DNA of 26,583 nucleotides from Actinomycetota bacterium (lineage in GTDB: Bacteria > Actinomycetota > Humimicrobiia > Humimicrobiales > Humimicrobiaceae): assembly GCA_003567835.1 (NCBI GenBank), contig PWYO01000332.1, positions 1 through 26,583 of the forward strand, in the 5' to 3' direction. The notes beneath the pieces were generated by a model that worked only from the letters and a program-made list of their open reading frames with translations, was not told where the DNA came from and did not search any database. Both the position numbers and the translations under genes were made by a program. Of the stretch, positions 6,031-17,447 are shown piece after piece (position 1 is the first letter of the stretch; each line of letters opens with the position of its first letter).

Positions 6031-7915
6031 AAAAATTGAGTTTGCCCTTACCATTGTTTCAGCAGCTTTGACGGGGACGGCCATTGCCTTCTATGTAACA
6101 GCGGGCCCCACCCCAGCAGTCAAAGTTGTCTTTTTTTCAGCGGTTGCCACCGGGCTTGCATTCACCGCCTACCGGGGCCTGAAAGGCGTGGCCCATTTCC
6201 ACTTTGATATGAATTTCCTGGTGACCATTGCTGCATTAGGGGCCTTCCTGATTGGAGAATATATAGAAGGTGCGGTGGTGGTGCTCCTGTTTAATATTGC
6301 CAATACGCTGGAAACCTTTTCTGCCAGACGGGCCAGGCATGCAGTAAAGGCATTGCTGGATCTCTCTCCGGAATACGCACATGTTTACCGCCAACACGGT
6401 CTGGCCAAGGTACACGTAAAAGAAATTGGGGTGGGTCAGATGATCTACATAAAGCCTGGAGAGCGGGTGCCTTTGGATGGCCGAATCCAAGAAGGCATCT
6501 CCTTTGTTGACCAATCCCCTTTGACTGGAGAATCCGAACCAGTGCAAAAAAGGGCAGGAAGTGTGGTATATGCGGGGAGCATAAACGGAAAAGGTTTGCT
6601 GAAAGCAGAAGTGATAAAGGATTTTGGCCGCTCTACGGTCTCCAGGATCAAGCAGCTGGTGGAAGAGGCGCAGGCCAAAAAATCAAAAAGCCAGAGGATT
6701 GTCAACCGTTTTGCTGCCGTATACACCCCTATTGTGATTGGAATTTCAGCGGCAGTCGCTGTAATCCCTCCGCTGCTTTTTTCCCAGCCATGGTCTGATT
6801 GGATATACCGTTCATTGGTTTTGCTGGTTATCTCCTGTCCCTGCGCATTGGTTATATCCACCCCGATTACCATTGCATCAGGACTAAGCCTTGCTGCCAG
6901 AAACGGGGTGCTCATAAAAGGCGGCGGCTTTTTGGAAGAGATCAGCAGGCCGGATGCGTTCATTTTTGATAAAACCGGCACCCTTACCCAGGGCAAACCC
7001 CAGGTAACCGATTTTATCGCATATCATATGCCCAAAAAAGCGTTACATGTGACCTATGCCATTGAAGATCTGTCGGAACACCATTTGGGAAAAGCCCTGA
7101 AAGAATATGCCCTGCAGCAGGGTGCAGGGGATTTGAAGGCAACAGGGGCCAGGGCTGTATCCGGTAAAGGGATTGAAGCGCTGGTTGATGGAAAAAAATA
7201 TTATTTGGGAAACCATTCATTTTTCAAGCAAAAAAAAATCTATCACGGCCGGGCTGCAGAGGATGTTCTGCAGCTGGAGTCGGCCAACAAGACTGCTGTT
7301 CTGCTGGGGGATGAGGAAAATATCATTGCTGCTTTTGGCATAAAAGATCGCATCCGTCCCCAAGCCAGGGCCGTGATTGGAAAATTGAAGGAAATGGGCG
7401 CCCGTAAAATCTATATGCTCACTGGGGATAATACAAAAACTGCTGCCATGGTCTGCAAGGAGCTTGATATCGATCAGTGTTATTCAGAACTTATGCCTGA
7501 GCATAAAATTGAGAAAATAGAACAGATCCAGGCGATTTTTCCAAAAACGGTGATGGTAGGGGATGGCATCAATGATGCGCCTGCTCTGTCCAGAGCCAAT
7601 ATCGGGATTGCCATGGGAGGAGGCGGTTCGGATGTGGCCCTGGAAAGTGCAGATATTGCGCTCATGGAAGATGATCTTGAAAAAATTCCTTTTACTTGCC
7701 GCTTAGGGCGGAGAGCGGTTGCCCTCATCAAACAAAATATTTTTATTGCCGTCTCTATAAAAATAATCTTCCTTGCCCTTGCAGCCAGCGGGCTGGCTTG
7801 GCTGTGGATGGCGGTCATAGCAGATATGGGCACTTCCATATTGGTGATCTTCAATGGGCTTCGGGCTCTAAGGTCAGAAATCAGTAATCGATCACGGTTT
7901 TCCCGCCGAACATAA
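6014..7915 (+). CDS. cadA: Heavy-metal P1B-type ATPase (CadA/ZntA-like, P1B-2 signature), no N-terminal metal-binding domain
   Basis: TGES, CPCALVIS, FDKTGTLT, EHHLG, TGDN, GDGINDAPAL, and ADMG in the last helix; overlaps the CDF stop by 17 bp. Confidence 0.92.
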   Translation: MNIHAKKIEFALTIVSAALTGTAIAFYVTAGPTPAVKVVFFSAVATGLAFTAYRGLKGVAHFHFDMNFLVTIAALGAFLIGEYIEGAVVVLLFNIANTLETFSARRARHAVKALLDLSPEYAHVYRQHGLAKVHVKEIGVGQMIYIKPGERVPLDGRIQEGISFVDQSPLTGESEPVQKRAGSVVYAGSINGKGLLKAEVIKDFGRSTVSRIKQLVEEAQAKKSKSQRIVNRFAAVYTPIVIGISAAVAVIPPLLFSQPWSDWIYRSLVLLVISCPCALVISTPITIASGLSLAARNGVLIKGGGFLEEISRPDAFIFDKTGTLTQGKPQVTDFIAYHMPKKALHVTYAIEDLSEHHLGKALKEYALQQGAGDLKATGARAVSGKGIEALVDGKKYYLGNHSFFKQKKIYHGRAAEDVLQLESANKTAVLLGDEENIIAAFGIKDRIRPQARAVIGKLKEMGARKIYMLTGDNTKTAAMVCKELDIDQCYSELMPEHKIEKIEQIQAIFPKTVMVGDGINDAPALSRANIGIAMGGGGSDVALESADIALMEDDLEKIPFTCRLGRRAVALIKQNIFIAVSIKIIFLALAASGLAWLWMAVIADMGTSILVIFNGLRALRSEISNRSRFSRRT

Positions 7916-8228
7916 ATAAAATTTTTAGGGGGTCTTGCTCTCCGGTAAGCACCAGATGGGATTTTCCTGCAGGGATATAGGCAAAATCCCCTTTTTGTAT
8001 ATTGAAACATTGGCCTTCTATTTTTATTTTTCCATTTCCAGAAAGGATGTATAGGGCTTCCTCTACTTCATGGGTATGGGCATTGGGCTGCTTTCCGGGT
8101 TTAAACTCCACAATACCCAGGTGCAGGCTGTCGGTTTTTTTCCGGCCCTGGTGTCCAAAAGCAAATTTTACCATCCGATCCTCAAATGCGGTAATATCAA
8201 TTTCTGTATCCTTGAAAACATACTCCAT
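7881..8228 (-). CDS. Cupin domain protein
   Basis: AHTHEVEEALYILSGNG and GDFAYIPAGKSH are cupin motifs 1 and 2. Confidence 0.88.
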   Translation of the reverse strand: MEYVFKDTEIDITAFEDRMVKFAFGHQGRKKTDSLHLGIVEFKPGKQPNAHTHEVEEALYILSGNGKIKIEGQCFNIQKGDFAYIPAGKSHLVLTGEQDPLKILFMFGGKTVIDY

Positions 8229-8231
8229 GGT

Positions 8232-8474
8232 TTAAGTTGCACCCTTTCCCAACTGTCTGTCAATCTCTTTTTGGTTAAACCCTTTGATTATTCTGTTGTT
8301 AATCTCTATGACCGGCACACCCAGCTGCCCGGATTTTTCCACCATTTCTTCAAGCTTTTGCTGGTCCAGGGAAACATCGATGATTGTAAAAGGAATTTTT
8401 AGCGATGTAAGATAATCTTTGGCCTTTTTGCAGAAAGGGCAGCTTTCTGTGGCATACAGGGTAACCTTATGCAT
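8232..8474 (-). CDS. Glutaredoxin-like protein (YruB/NrdH type)
   Basis: 80 aa, CPFC active site, SGQLGVPVI cis-Pro motif, IKGFN. Confidence 0.92.
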   Translation of the reverse strand: MHKVTLYATESCPFCKKAKDYLTSLKIPFTIIDVSLDQQKLEEMVEKSGQLGVPVIEINNRIIKGFNQKEIDRQLGKGAT

Positions 8475-8484
8475 AGCATTTCTC

Positions 8485-9135
8485 CTATCTTATAAAATCG
8501 ATGATAAACCTTACCCCTAGGTAAAGCAAAAATATTGCACAAACAAGCAGGATTATACGGTATATTTTTTGGCTAAAAAACCGCCTGCCGCTATGGACCA
8601 AGAAACCGATAAGCATAAACCAGATAAAATCAGCACTGATATGGCCCAAAAAGAAAGAGCTTACCCCTGCAATATTCAGCTTCATGCTCCGGATCATGAA
8701 AGCAGCTCCAATGGTGACCCACCATATATACCAGTAGGGGTTTATAAGGCTTACCGCTGCCCCTTTGGCTATAAAGCGGGCCGAATAATATTTGCCGCCA
8801 GCCGTACTGGCTTTTGAGGGGTCCCATTGCAGGCGGATCTTTTTGGATACAACTGAATAAATAAGTTTAGCGCCCAGGTACAGCAGGAAAATGCCCCCCA
8901 GTATACCGATTGCCTGCATCAGCGGCTGGTTGTCAAGGTATTGAAGAAGGCCCATAAAAAAGCTAAATACCAGAAGCAGTTCCAGTATGGAGTGGCCCAG
9001 TGATATATAAAAAGAAGACCAGAACCCTTTCTGGGCTGCGCTGGCAATGGTGAGCGTGAGCATAGGTCCGGGCACCATGGCTCCGGTAAACCCAACCACC
9101 ATGGAGCCAATAAAAATTTCTGTAAGTTCTGCCAT
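8485..9135 (-). CDS. LysE-family translocator
   Basis: 216 aa hydrophobic; GAMVPGPM, GH..LE, LLYLG, LINPYWYIWW pattern. Confidence 0.88.
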   Translation of the reverse strand: MAELTEIFIGSMVVGFTGAMVPGPMLTLTIASAAQKGFWSSFYISLGHSILELLLVFSFFMGLLQYLDNQPLMQAIGILGGIFLLYLGAKLIYSVVSKKIRLQWDPSKASTAGGKYYSARFIAKGAAVSLINPYWYIWWVTIGAAFMIRSMKLNIAGVSSFFLGHISADFIWFMLIGFLVHSGRRFFSQKIYRIILLVCAIFLLYLGVRFIIDFIR

Positions 9136-9137
9136 GA

Positions 9138-9794
9138 TTAGGACACCACCAGATTGGAAAGCCTGCCTATTTTTTCAATCTCGCAGACCACAGTATCTCC
9201 CGGCTGAAGCAATTTTTTCTGCTTCATAAAAACCCCCACCCCTGCAGGGGTTCCTGTAGCGATGAGATCTCCGGGTTTTAGGGTTATAGCCATAGAAATA
9301 TGCGATATGAGCTTGTAGATGCCGAAGATCATGTCCGAGGTATTGGAATTTTGCCTTAGCTGGTCATTGACATAGGAGCGAAGGTTTAGATTCTGGGGAT
9401 TGCCTATATCAGCAGTGGGGGTAATGACCGGCCCAATGGGGGCGAAGGTATCAAAACTTTTTGCCCTGTACCACTGGCTTTCCTTTTTTTGTAAATCTCT
9501 TGCGGTAATATCATTGATGATGGTATAGCCGTAAATATATTTGCCGGCTTCATGTTCACTGATTTTGGTTGCCTTTTTTGATATGATTGCTGCCAGCTCT
9601 ACTTCATAATCCAGTTCTTCTACTTGTTTAGGGTATACAATGTGTTCCCCATTTTTTATGATGCTGCTGTTGGCTTTGGAAAAAAGTACCGGTTGCTGGG
9701 GGAAGCGGCCGTCTTGTTCTTGGATATGGGATTTGTAATTCATGCCCACACATATGATTTTGCCCGGGATATAGGATGCAATGTCTATTTCCAT
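9138..9794 (-). CDS. Fumarylacetoacetate hydrolase (FAH) family protein
   Basis: KIICVGMNY..H, PVLFSK, LDYEVELA, NDITARDLQ, W.RAKSFDTFAP.GP, LKPGDLIATGTPAGVG. Start placed at ATG 9794 behind AGGAG. Confidence 0.93.
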   Translation of the reverse strand: MEIDIASYIPGKIICVGMNYKSHIQEQDGRFPQQPVLFSKANSSIIKNGEHIVYPKQVEELDYEVELAAIISKKATKISEHEAGKYIYGYTIINDITARDLQKKESQWYRAKSFDTFAPIGPVITPTADIGNPQNLNLRSYVNDQLRQNSNTSDMIFGIYKLISHISMAITLKPGDLIATGTPAGVGVFMKQKKLLQPGDTVVCEIEKIGRLSNLVVS

Positions 9795-10074
9795 GGAACG
9801 CTCCTGGTTCAATGATGTTTGTTTTTAATATTTTAGGGCATTTTTTATTCTTTGCCAATGATTCCATCATGTGCTGTGATAGAATTGACCCGGATTTAAA
9901 GCAGCATATCCAATCACTTGCTTTTTTAAACCAACCATATTGATGATTATACGGATTCAGCGCTTGTATGCCGATCTGCTCTCCGCAGAATTGGATGAAT
10001 TTTTAACAGATTCGGTGTACACTAATGTTGAATAAGCTGAACAGCAGCTTGCGGCAAGTATGCGGAGGTTGAAT

Positions 10075-10296
10075 TTGCGGTTTTTAGATTACAAATGCAA
10101 TGCATGCGGACAGGTTTCCGAGTTCGTGCTAAGAGGAGAAGACTGCCCGATTCAGTGCGAATCCTGCGGCAGTGAAAATATGTCCAGGGTATTTTCAGGG
10201 GTTTGTCTAAAAAGCACATCGGAACGTTCACCGGTTTCCGAAAAAACCGGCTCAGGGTGCTCCGGTTCCTGTGCTACATGCAGCGGATGTCCATAA
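10075..10296 (+). CDS. FmdB-family zinc ribbon protein with Cys-rich tail
   Basis: DYKCNACG...CESCGS..MSRVFS pattern plus CSGSCATCSGCP tail. Probable TTG start at 10075, 6 nt after GGAGG. Confidence 0.85.
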   Translation: MRFLDYKCNACGQVSEFVLRGEDCPIQCESCGSENMSRVFSGVCLKSTSERSPVSEKTGSGCSGSCATCSGCP

Positions 10297-10312
10297 ATAA
10301 ATAAGATTTGAA

Positions 10313-11425
10313 GTGTTTTTAAAAAACCTGGAACTAAAGAATTATAGAAATTACAAACACGCCCAGTTGAATTTTGACAAGGGCACCATACTCATCACCG
10401 GTGATAATGGGCAGGGTAAAACCAATCTTTTGGAATCCATCTATTATCTTTCCTGCGGAAAATCCCATCGCGGATCCAGTACCAGGGAGATTATTCACGC
10501 CCAAGAAAATTTTGCGCTCATGCGGGCAGAAGCGGTTGCAGAGGATGGCAAAAAACGAATTGAAATAGAGCTGAGAAGGGAAGGCAACGATAAGATCAGG
10601 GTGGATAAGGTATACAGGAAGAAGAAATCCGAATTTATCAACATCATGCCTGCAGTGGTTTTTTCACCGGATGACTTAAGCTTGGTAAAGGGAGGGCCTT
10701 CGTTTAGGCGATCTTATCTGGATGGAATCCTGGATCGGGCGGCCAGGGATTTCCCGGGGCTGAGGCTTCGGTACCAAAAGACGCTTGCCCAGCGCAATTC
10801 TCTTATCAATAGCATGACCCACCATCCCCATAAAATTAATACTACCTTAAAGGTTTGGACCGAAAAACTGATAAGCTATGGGACAACCATTATGGCCTAC
10901 CGGATGAAGCTGGTGGAGGCCATAAAAGATGATTTCGCCAGCCATATGGATTATTTTTTCGGGGGCAGCGATGCACTTATGGGTTATATGGCCAGCTGGC
11001 AGCAGCAGCCGGAAAGCCTGGAGGATGTTGAGAGCCAGTACCGGAAGCATATGGAAAAGAACCTCAAAAAGGATTTGGCTATGGCCACCACCACCATAGG
11101 CCCCCATCGTGATGAAATCATCCTGAACCTGGAAGGCAGAAATTTGCGCAATTACGGCTCTCAAGGACAGCAAAGGCTGGCCGCATTGTCTATGCGACTT
11201 TGTGAGCTTATGTTTCTTTTCCAAAAAATGGGCAAGTCCCCTTTATTCTTGCTGGACGATGTTTTATCTGAACTGGATCTTTTAAGAAAAAAGCTACTAA
11301 TTGAAAAACTGGGGGATCGGTTTCAGACCATGATCACCGCCACCAATATCCATTATCTGGAAGGCGTTGATATCGATATTTGTGGAAAATATGTGGTAAG
11401 CGGGGGGTCTGTGCAAAGGTTGTAA
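10313..11425 (+). CDS. recF: DNA replication and repair protein RecF
   Basis: L.NYRNY, Walker A GDNGQGKTNLLE, VVFSPDDL, GPHRD, SQGQQR, LLDDVLSELD. Confidence 0.97.
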   Translation: MFLKNLELKNYRNYKHAQLNFDKGTILITGDNGQGKTNLLESIYYLSCGKSHRGSSTREIIHAQENFALMRAEAVAEDGKKRIEIELRREGNDKIRVDKVYRKKKSEFINIMPAVVFSPDDLSLVKGGPSFRRSYLDGILDRAARDFPGLRLRYQKTLAQRNSLINSMTHHPHKINTTLKVWTEKLISYGTTIMAYRMKLVEAIKDDFASHMDYFFGGSDALMGYMASWQQQPESLEDVESQYRKHMEKNLKKDLAMATTTIGPHRDEIILNLEGRNLRNYGSQGQQRLAALSMRLCELMFLFQKMGKSPLFLLDDVLSELDLLRKKLLIEKLGDRFQTMITATNIHYLEGVDIDICGKYVVSGGSVQRL

Positions 11426-11469
11426 TTGTCCATAATCTGCCTTGGCCTGTTAAAAACGCAACCTTACTT

Positions 11470-11478
11470 TGTTATAAT
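11470..11478 (+). promoter_or_regulatory. Extended -10 element upstream of dciA
   Basis: TGTTATAAT (TGn-TATAAT), 55 bp before the ATG. Confidence 0.5.
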
Positions 11479-11533
11479 GGCATTAATTGCCAAGATCTTT
11501 TAAGAGCCAGAAAAGGGGTGTTTAGCAGAATCG

Positions 11534-11830
11534 ATGCATGCTGAACCTTTGGACCATATATTAAAAAAAATGGTTTCTGATTTAAAAATTGGCAATCAGC
11601 TCAAACATTCCATGATTTTTAACCACTGGAAAGAAATCGTGGGCAGCCAGATCAGTGAAAAATCCAAACCCAAAAGCTTGCGGGAAGGGGTGTTGTATGT
11701 ATCTGTTGCCAATTCGACTTGGGCCAATGAGCTGGATTTGATGTCCGGCCAACTGATGGATACAATCAACAGCTATCTTGGCACCGAGCTGGTAAAAAGG
11801 ATGCGATTTAAGGCAGATCTTGGCCCCTGA
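11534..11830 (+). CDS. dciA: DUF721/DciA family protein (helicase loading factor)
   Basis: 98 aa; HWKEIVG.QI...SKP..LREGVLYVSV.NSTWA.EL; sits between recF and gyrB, the usual position for this family. Confidence 0.88.
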   Translation: MHAEPLDHILKKMVSDLKIGNQLKHSMIFNHWKEIVGSQISEKSKPKSLREGVLYVSVANSTWANELDLMSGQLMDTINSYLGTELVKRMRFKADLGP

Positions 11831-11853
11831 TTGCTAAAATTTCATGAAAAATA

Positions 11854-11862
11854 TGATATAAT
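11854..11862 (+). promoter_or_regulatory. Extended -10 element of the gyrBA promoter
   Basis: TGATATAAT in the AT-rich gap between dciA and gyrB. Confidence 0.5.
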
Positions 11863-11944
11863 ATGAAGATATAAAAATAAATATTTACCCTGAAATTACA
11901 GCATAAGGGGTAATGAGTATGCATAACCCAGGCTCTCGATTTGA

Positions 11945-13906
<1,962 letters not shown>

Positions 13907-13917
13907 GAAGGTAAGAG

Positions 13918-16350
13918 ATGGTATTTGAATTAAGAGGAAAAGTAAAGAATATTGAAATTGAATCTGAAATGCAGGAATCTTATTTGAGTTATGCCATGAG
14001 TGTCATAATAGGCAGGGCTCTGCCCGATGTAAGGGACGGCCTAAAACCGGTACACCGGCGGATTTTGTATGCCATGAAGGATATGGGCATGACCCATAAT
14101 GCCTCCTATAAAAAATGCGCCAGGATTGTGGGAGAGGTTCTGGGCAAATACCATCCCCATGGGGATACCGCTGTTTATGATTCTATGGTTCGCATGGCAC
14201 AGGATTTTTCTCACCGTTATCCCTTAATTGATGGGCATGGCAATTTTGGTTCGGTTGACGGGGATAGTGCTGCGGCTATGCGTTATACTGAGGCGAGGCT
14301 GTCCAGGATTGCTGAAGAACTGCTGGTCGATCTTGAAAAAGAGACCGTGGATTTTGTGGATAATTTTGACAGTTCGCTCAAAGAGCCGGGGGTGCTTCCT
14401 GCAAAATTTCCCAACTTATTGGTCAATGGCTCCTCAGGGATTGCCGTGGGCATGGCAACCAATATCCCTCCCCATAATTTGGGTGAGGTAGTGGATGCCA
14501 TTATCTATTCCATTGACCACCCCAAAGCAGAGATAAAAGATTTAATGAAAATTCTCAAAGGCCCTGATTTTCCCACTGGGGGGATTATCATGGGCGTGGA
14601 CGGAATTGTCCAGGCTTACCGGACAGGCAGGGGAAGAGTGGTGATCAGGGGCAGGGTGCATCTTGAACAGCATAAGAAAGGAAAACCGCAAATTATTGTC
14701 AGTGAACTCCCCTACCAGGTGAACAAGGCAAAGCAGATTGAAAAAATAGCAACTCTGGTGCGGACCAAAAAGCTGGAAGGCATTAGCGACCTCAGAGATG
14801 AATCGGATAAAGCAGGCATGCGTGTGGTCATAGAGCTAAAAAGGGATGTTGAACCCAATGTGGTTATCAACCACTTGTATAAAAACACCCAGCTGGAAGA
14901 GACTTTTGGCATTATTTTGATTGCATTGGTGGACGGGGTTCCCCGTACCCTCAACCTGATTCAGGTCATAGAAGAATATAAGAAGCACCGTTATGATGTG
15001 GTGGTAAGAAGGACCCGCTACGATCTGCGGAAAGCCCAAGAAAGGGCCCATATCTTAGAAGGGCTGCTTATTGCCCTGGACCATTTGGACGAAGTCATAA
15101 AGACCATTCGAGCTTCCAAAGATGTGCCTACTGCCAAGAAACGGTTGGTAAAAAAGTTTGAGCTTACCGGTGTGCAGGCCCAGGCCATTCTGGATATGAG
15201 ACTGCAGAGACTAACCGGCCTGGAAAGAGAAAAGGTCAAAAAAGAATATAAGGAACTGCAAAAAAAGATCAAGGATCTAAAAGAGCTCCTAGGAAACGAT
15301 ACACTTATTTTTAAAGTGATAAAAGGCGAGCTTCGGGATATGAAGAAAAAATATGCAGACCAAAGGAGAACAGATATTTCTTCAACCTCTGCAGATATGG
15401 AAATTGAGGATCTGATACCCGAAGAAGAAAATGTAATTGCAGTGACCCATTCCGGCTATATTAAAAGGGTACCTGTTACCACCTATAGAAAGCAGAGAAG
15501 AGGCGGAAGAGGGGTAAGCGGAATGAACCTGAAGGTCGATGATTTTGTCAAGCATCTGTTTATCTCCTCGACCCACCACTACATTATGTTTTTCTCCAGC
15601 AAAGGTAAGGTCTACAGGCTGAAAGTACACGAACTTCCTACCGGAAGCCGGGCTTCGAAAGGGAAAGCAATGGTCAATTTGCTTCCTTTTAGCGCAGGGG
15701 AAAAAGTTGCCGCCATCATTGCGGTAAAAGACTATAATGAAGATGAGTACCTGGTGATGTCTACCAGGAAAGGGCTGGTAAAAAAGACCCCTATAACCCA
15801 CTATGATACATCCAGAAAAGACGGCATTATCGCCATTAATATCCGTAAGGGCGATGAGCTTATTAAAGTGGAAAAATCCAGCGGAAACGATGATATTGTG
15901 CTGGTGTCTAAAAAAGGAAAATCCATTCGGTTTTCTGAAAAGGACTGCAGGCCCATGGGCAGAACTGCAACCGGCGTAAAGGGCATGGATTTGATCAAAG
16001 GAGACAAGGTCCTTGCCATGATGGTGGTAAAGGATCTGGATGCGGACTTGTTTGTTTTAACGGAAAATGGTTTTGGGAAGCGAACACCTTTGTCAAGGTA
16101 TAATAGGCAGAGCCGGGGGGGAAGAGGTGTTGTAACCCTTAAAATCAACACAAAAAAAGGAAATCTGGCTGGAGCCGGTATTGTAAAAGAAGGCCAGGAC
16201 GTCATGGTGATTGCCACCAATGGGGTACTTATCAGGATGCAGGCAAAATCGATATCCCGAACCGGCCGATCAACCCAGGGGGTCAAGATCATGAATCTTG
16301 AAAAAAACAGTAAGGTCGCATCCTTTGGAATTATTGCCTCGGAGAATTAA
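13918..16350 (+). CDS. gyrA: DNA gyrase subunit A
   Basis: [32 protein letters not shown] catalytic Tyr, and GyrA-box QRRGGRG in the C-terminal pinwheel. Confidence 0.98.
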   Translation: MVFELRGKVKNIEIESEMQESYLSYAMSVIIGRALPDVRDGLKPVHRRILYAMKDMGMTHNASYKKCARIVGEVLGKYHPHGDTAVYDSMVRMAQDFSHRYPLIDGHGNFGSVDGDSAAAMRYTEARLSRIAEELLVDLEKETVDFVDNFDSSLKEPGVLPAKFPNLLVNGSSGIAVGMATNIPPHNLGEVVDAIIYSIDHPKAEIKDLMKILKGPDFPTGGIIMGVDGIVQAYRTGRGRVVIRGRVHLEQHKKGKPQIIVSELPYQVNKAKQIEKIATLVRTKKLEGISDLRDESDKAGMRVVIELKRDVEPNVVINHLYKNTQLEETFGIILIALVDGVPRTLNLIQVIEEYKKHRYDVVVRRTRYDLRKAQERAHILEGLLIALDHLDEVIKTIRASKDVPTAKKRLVKKFELTGVQAQAILDMRLQRLTGLEREKVKKEYKELQKKIKDLKELLGNDTLIFKVIKGELRDMKKKYADQRRTDISSTSADMEIEDLIPEEENVIAVTHSGYIKRVPVTTYRKQRRGGRGVSGMNLKVDDFVKHLFISSTHHYIMFFSSKGKVYRLKVHELPTGSRASKGKAMVNLLPFSAGEKVAAIIAVKDYNEDEYLVMSTRKGLVKKTPITHYDTSRKDGIIAINIRKGDELIKVEKSSGNDDIVLVSKKGKSIRFSEKDCRPMGRTATGVKGMDLIKGDKVLAMMVVKDLDADLFVLTENGFGKRTPLSRYNRQSRGGRGVVTLKINTKKGNLAGAGIVKEGQDVMVIATNGVLIRMQAKSISRTGRSTQGVKIMNLEKNSKVASFGIIASEN

Positions 16351-16429
16351 AGGTATAAAATTTTTACAAAATACTTTAAAATAACCAATAAGTGATATGT
16401 AAATCCTTAAAAACGAAAGGAAAAGGAAA

Positions 16430-16819
16430 ATGGCAGAAGAAAAACAACCTGAAGTGCACCCAGATTTTAACAAGAAGAGCTCAACCAATATGGAGCCGAA
16501 GATGGCGGTACTCATATCCCATATCGGTTTCATTATTGGCGCCGGCTGGCTCTCAGGACTGATCATCTATCTGATGGAAAAGGATAACTATTTTGTGAAG
16601 TTCCATGCCATGCAGTCTTTGATTGTAGGTATAGCAGAAATCATTGGATATATCATTGGGGCCATACTCAGCGCATTTATTATTGGGATTGCTTGTTTTC
16701 CAATTGTATGGATTGCTGCATTGGTCATCAGAATTCTCATCATCATGAAAGCCAATCAGGGCGTACTTTACAAATTCCCTGGTTTTGGCGGTATGTCAGA
16801 GAAGTATACCAAAATGTAA
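16430..16819 (+). CDS. DUF4870-like small membrane protein
   Basis: 129 aa, three hydrophobic stretches, MEKDNYFVKFHAMQS motif, KANQG..YK.P ending. Confidence 0.75.
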   Translation: MAEEKQPEVHPDFNKKSSTNMEPKMAVLISHIGFIIGAGWLSGLIIYLMEKDNYFVKFHAMQSLIVGIAEIIGYIIGAILSAFIIGIACFPIVWIAALVIRILIIMKANQGVLYKFPGFGGMSEKYTKM

Positions 16820-16853
16820 TAGGAGCTTTTAGCTCTGGATTTAGGAGCGGGTA

Positions 16854-17243
16854 ATGTCCATAGAAAGAAAGACACTGAGAAGCGTCAGCGAGTTCTCCAT
16901 CTTTAAGTATTTGCTTGTTTTCTACCTGATCTTTTTCATACTATCAGTGATAGGAATGGGTGTAATATTCCTGTTTGCGTGGCTGTTTGCCGGAGCTGCA
17001 GGATTTAACTTCAATGAACTCTTTGGGGCTTTCGGACTGGATTGGATACCCGGAGGAACTGCGATTGCAGTGGTCATATTTATTATTTTGGGTTTGATAG
17101 GTTCCATATTTTATGCGGCTATAGGAACACTCGCTATGTGGATTGTCAATATCGTATTGAAAATTAGCGGAGGCATAGAATTACGGTTTATGGAACCCAA
17201 AGCCAAAACAAAGCCACAAGCAGGAACTGCCGCCAATCAATAA
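16854..17243 (+). CDS. DUF3566-like membrane protein
   Basis: 129 aa; R.VSEFSIFK start, two long hydrophobic segments, WIVN.....SGGIELRF end; position between gyrA and tRNA-Ile is typical of actinobacterial DUF3566. Confidence 0.65.
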   Translation: MSIERKTLRSVSEFSIFKYLLVFYLIFFILSVIGMGVIFLFAWLFAGAAGFNFNELFGAFGLDWIPGGTAIAVVIFIILGLIGSIFYAAIGTLAMWIVNIVLKISGGIELRFMEPKAKTKPQAGTAANQ

Positions 17244-17265
17244 AACCTGTTTAAAAAATAGGTTT
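17243..17265 (+). terminator. Hairpin after the DUF3566-like gene
   Basis: AAACCTGTT-TAAAA-AATAGGTTT, 9-bp stem with one G-U pair; weak U tract. Confidence 0.4.
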
Positions 17266-17268
17266 GGC

Positions 17269-17297
17269 TTGACAAAGTCATGCTAAATTGGTATTTT
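17269..17297 (+). promoter_or_regulatory. Sigma70-type promoter of tRNA-Ile
   Basis: TTGACA-17 nt-TATTTT with TG at the extended -10 position. Confidence 0.65.
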
Positions 17298-17316
17298 TTG
17301 CTCTGTTGTTTATGGG

Positions 17317-17393
17317 GGGCCTATAGCTCAGCTGGTTAGAGCGCATCCCTGATAAGGATGAGGCCTCTGGTTCGAGTCCAGATAGGCCCACCA
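17317..17393 (+). tRNA. tRNA-Ile (GAT)
   Basis: Acceptor GGGCCTA/TAGGCCC, anticodon arm CATCC-CTGATAA-GGATG, T arm TCTGG-TTCGAGT-CCAGA, encoded CCA; 77 nt. Confidence 0.98.
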
Positions 17394-17447
17394 TGCGATC
17401 AATAAAATACTATGCACTAAGCCAATAAAATTTCATAAACAGGTTGT

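Noticed and set aside
7230-7238. A9 run in the ATPase as a phase-variation tract
   Set aside because: Frame is intact, it encodes Lys codons, and A/T runs are common throughout this window.
9889-10035. Short open frame upstream of the zinc-ribbon gene as a dnaN remnant
   Set aside because: Translation (..MIIRIQRLYADLLSAELDEFLTDSVYTNVE) shows no beta-clamp C-terminal pattern and has no RBS.
14152-14181. GyrA QRDR reads [10 protein letters not shown] (Thr at the E. coli Ser83 position)
   Set aside because: Thr is a natural wild-type residue at this site in several bacteria; not evidence of resistance.
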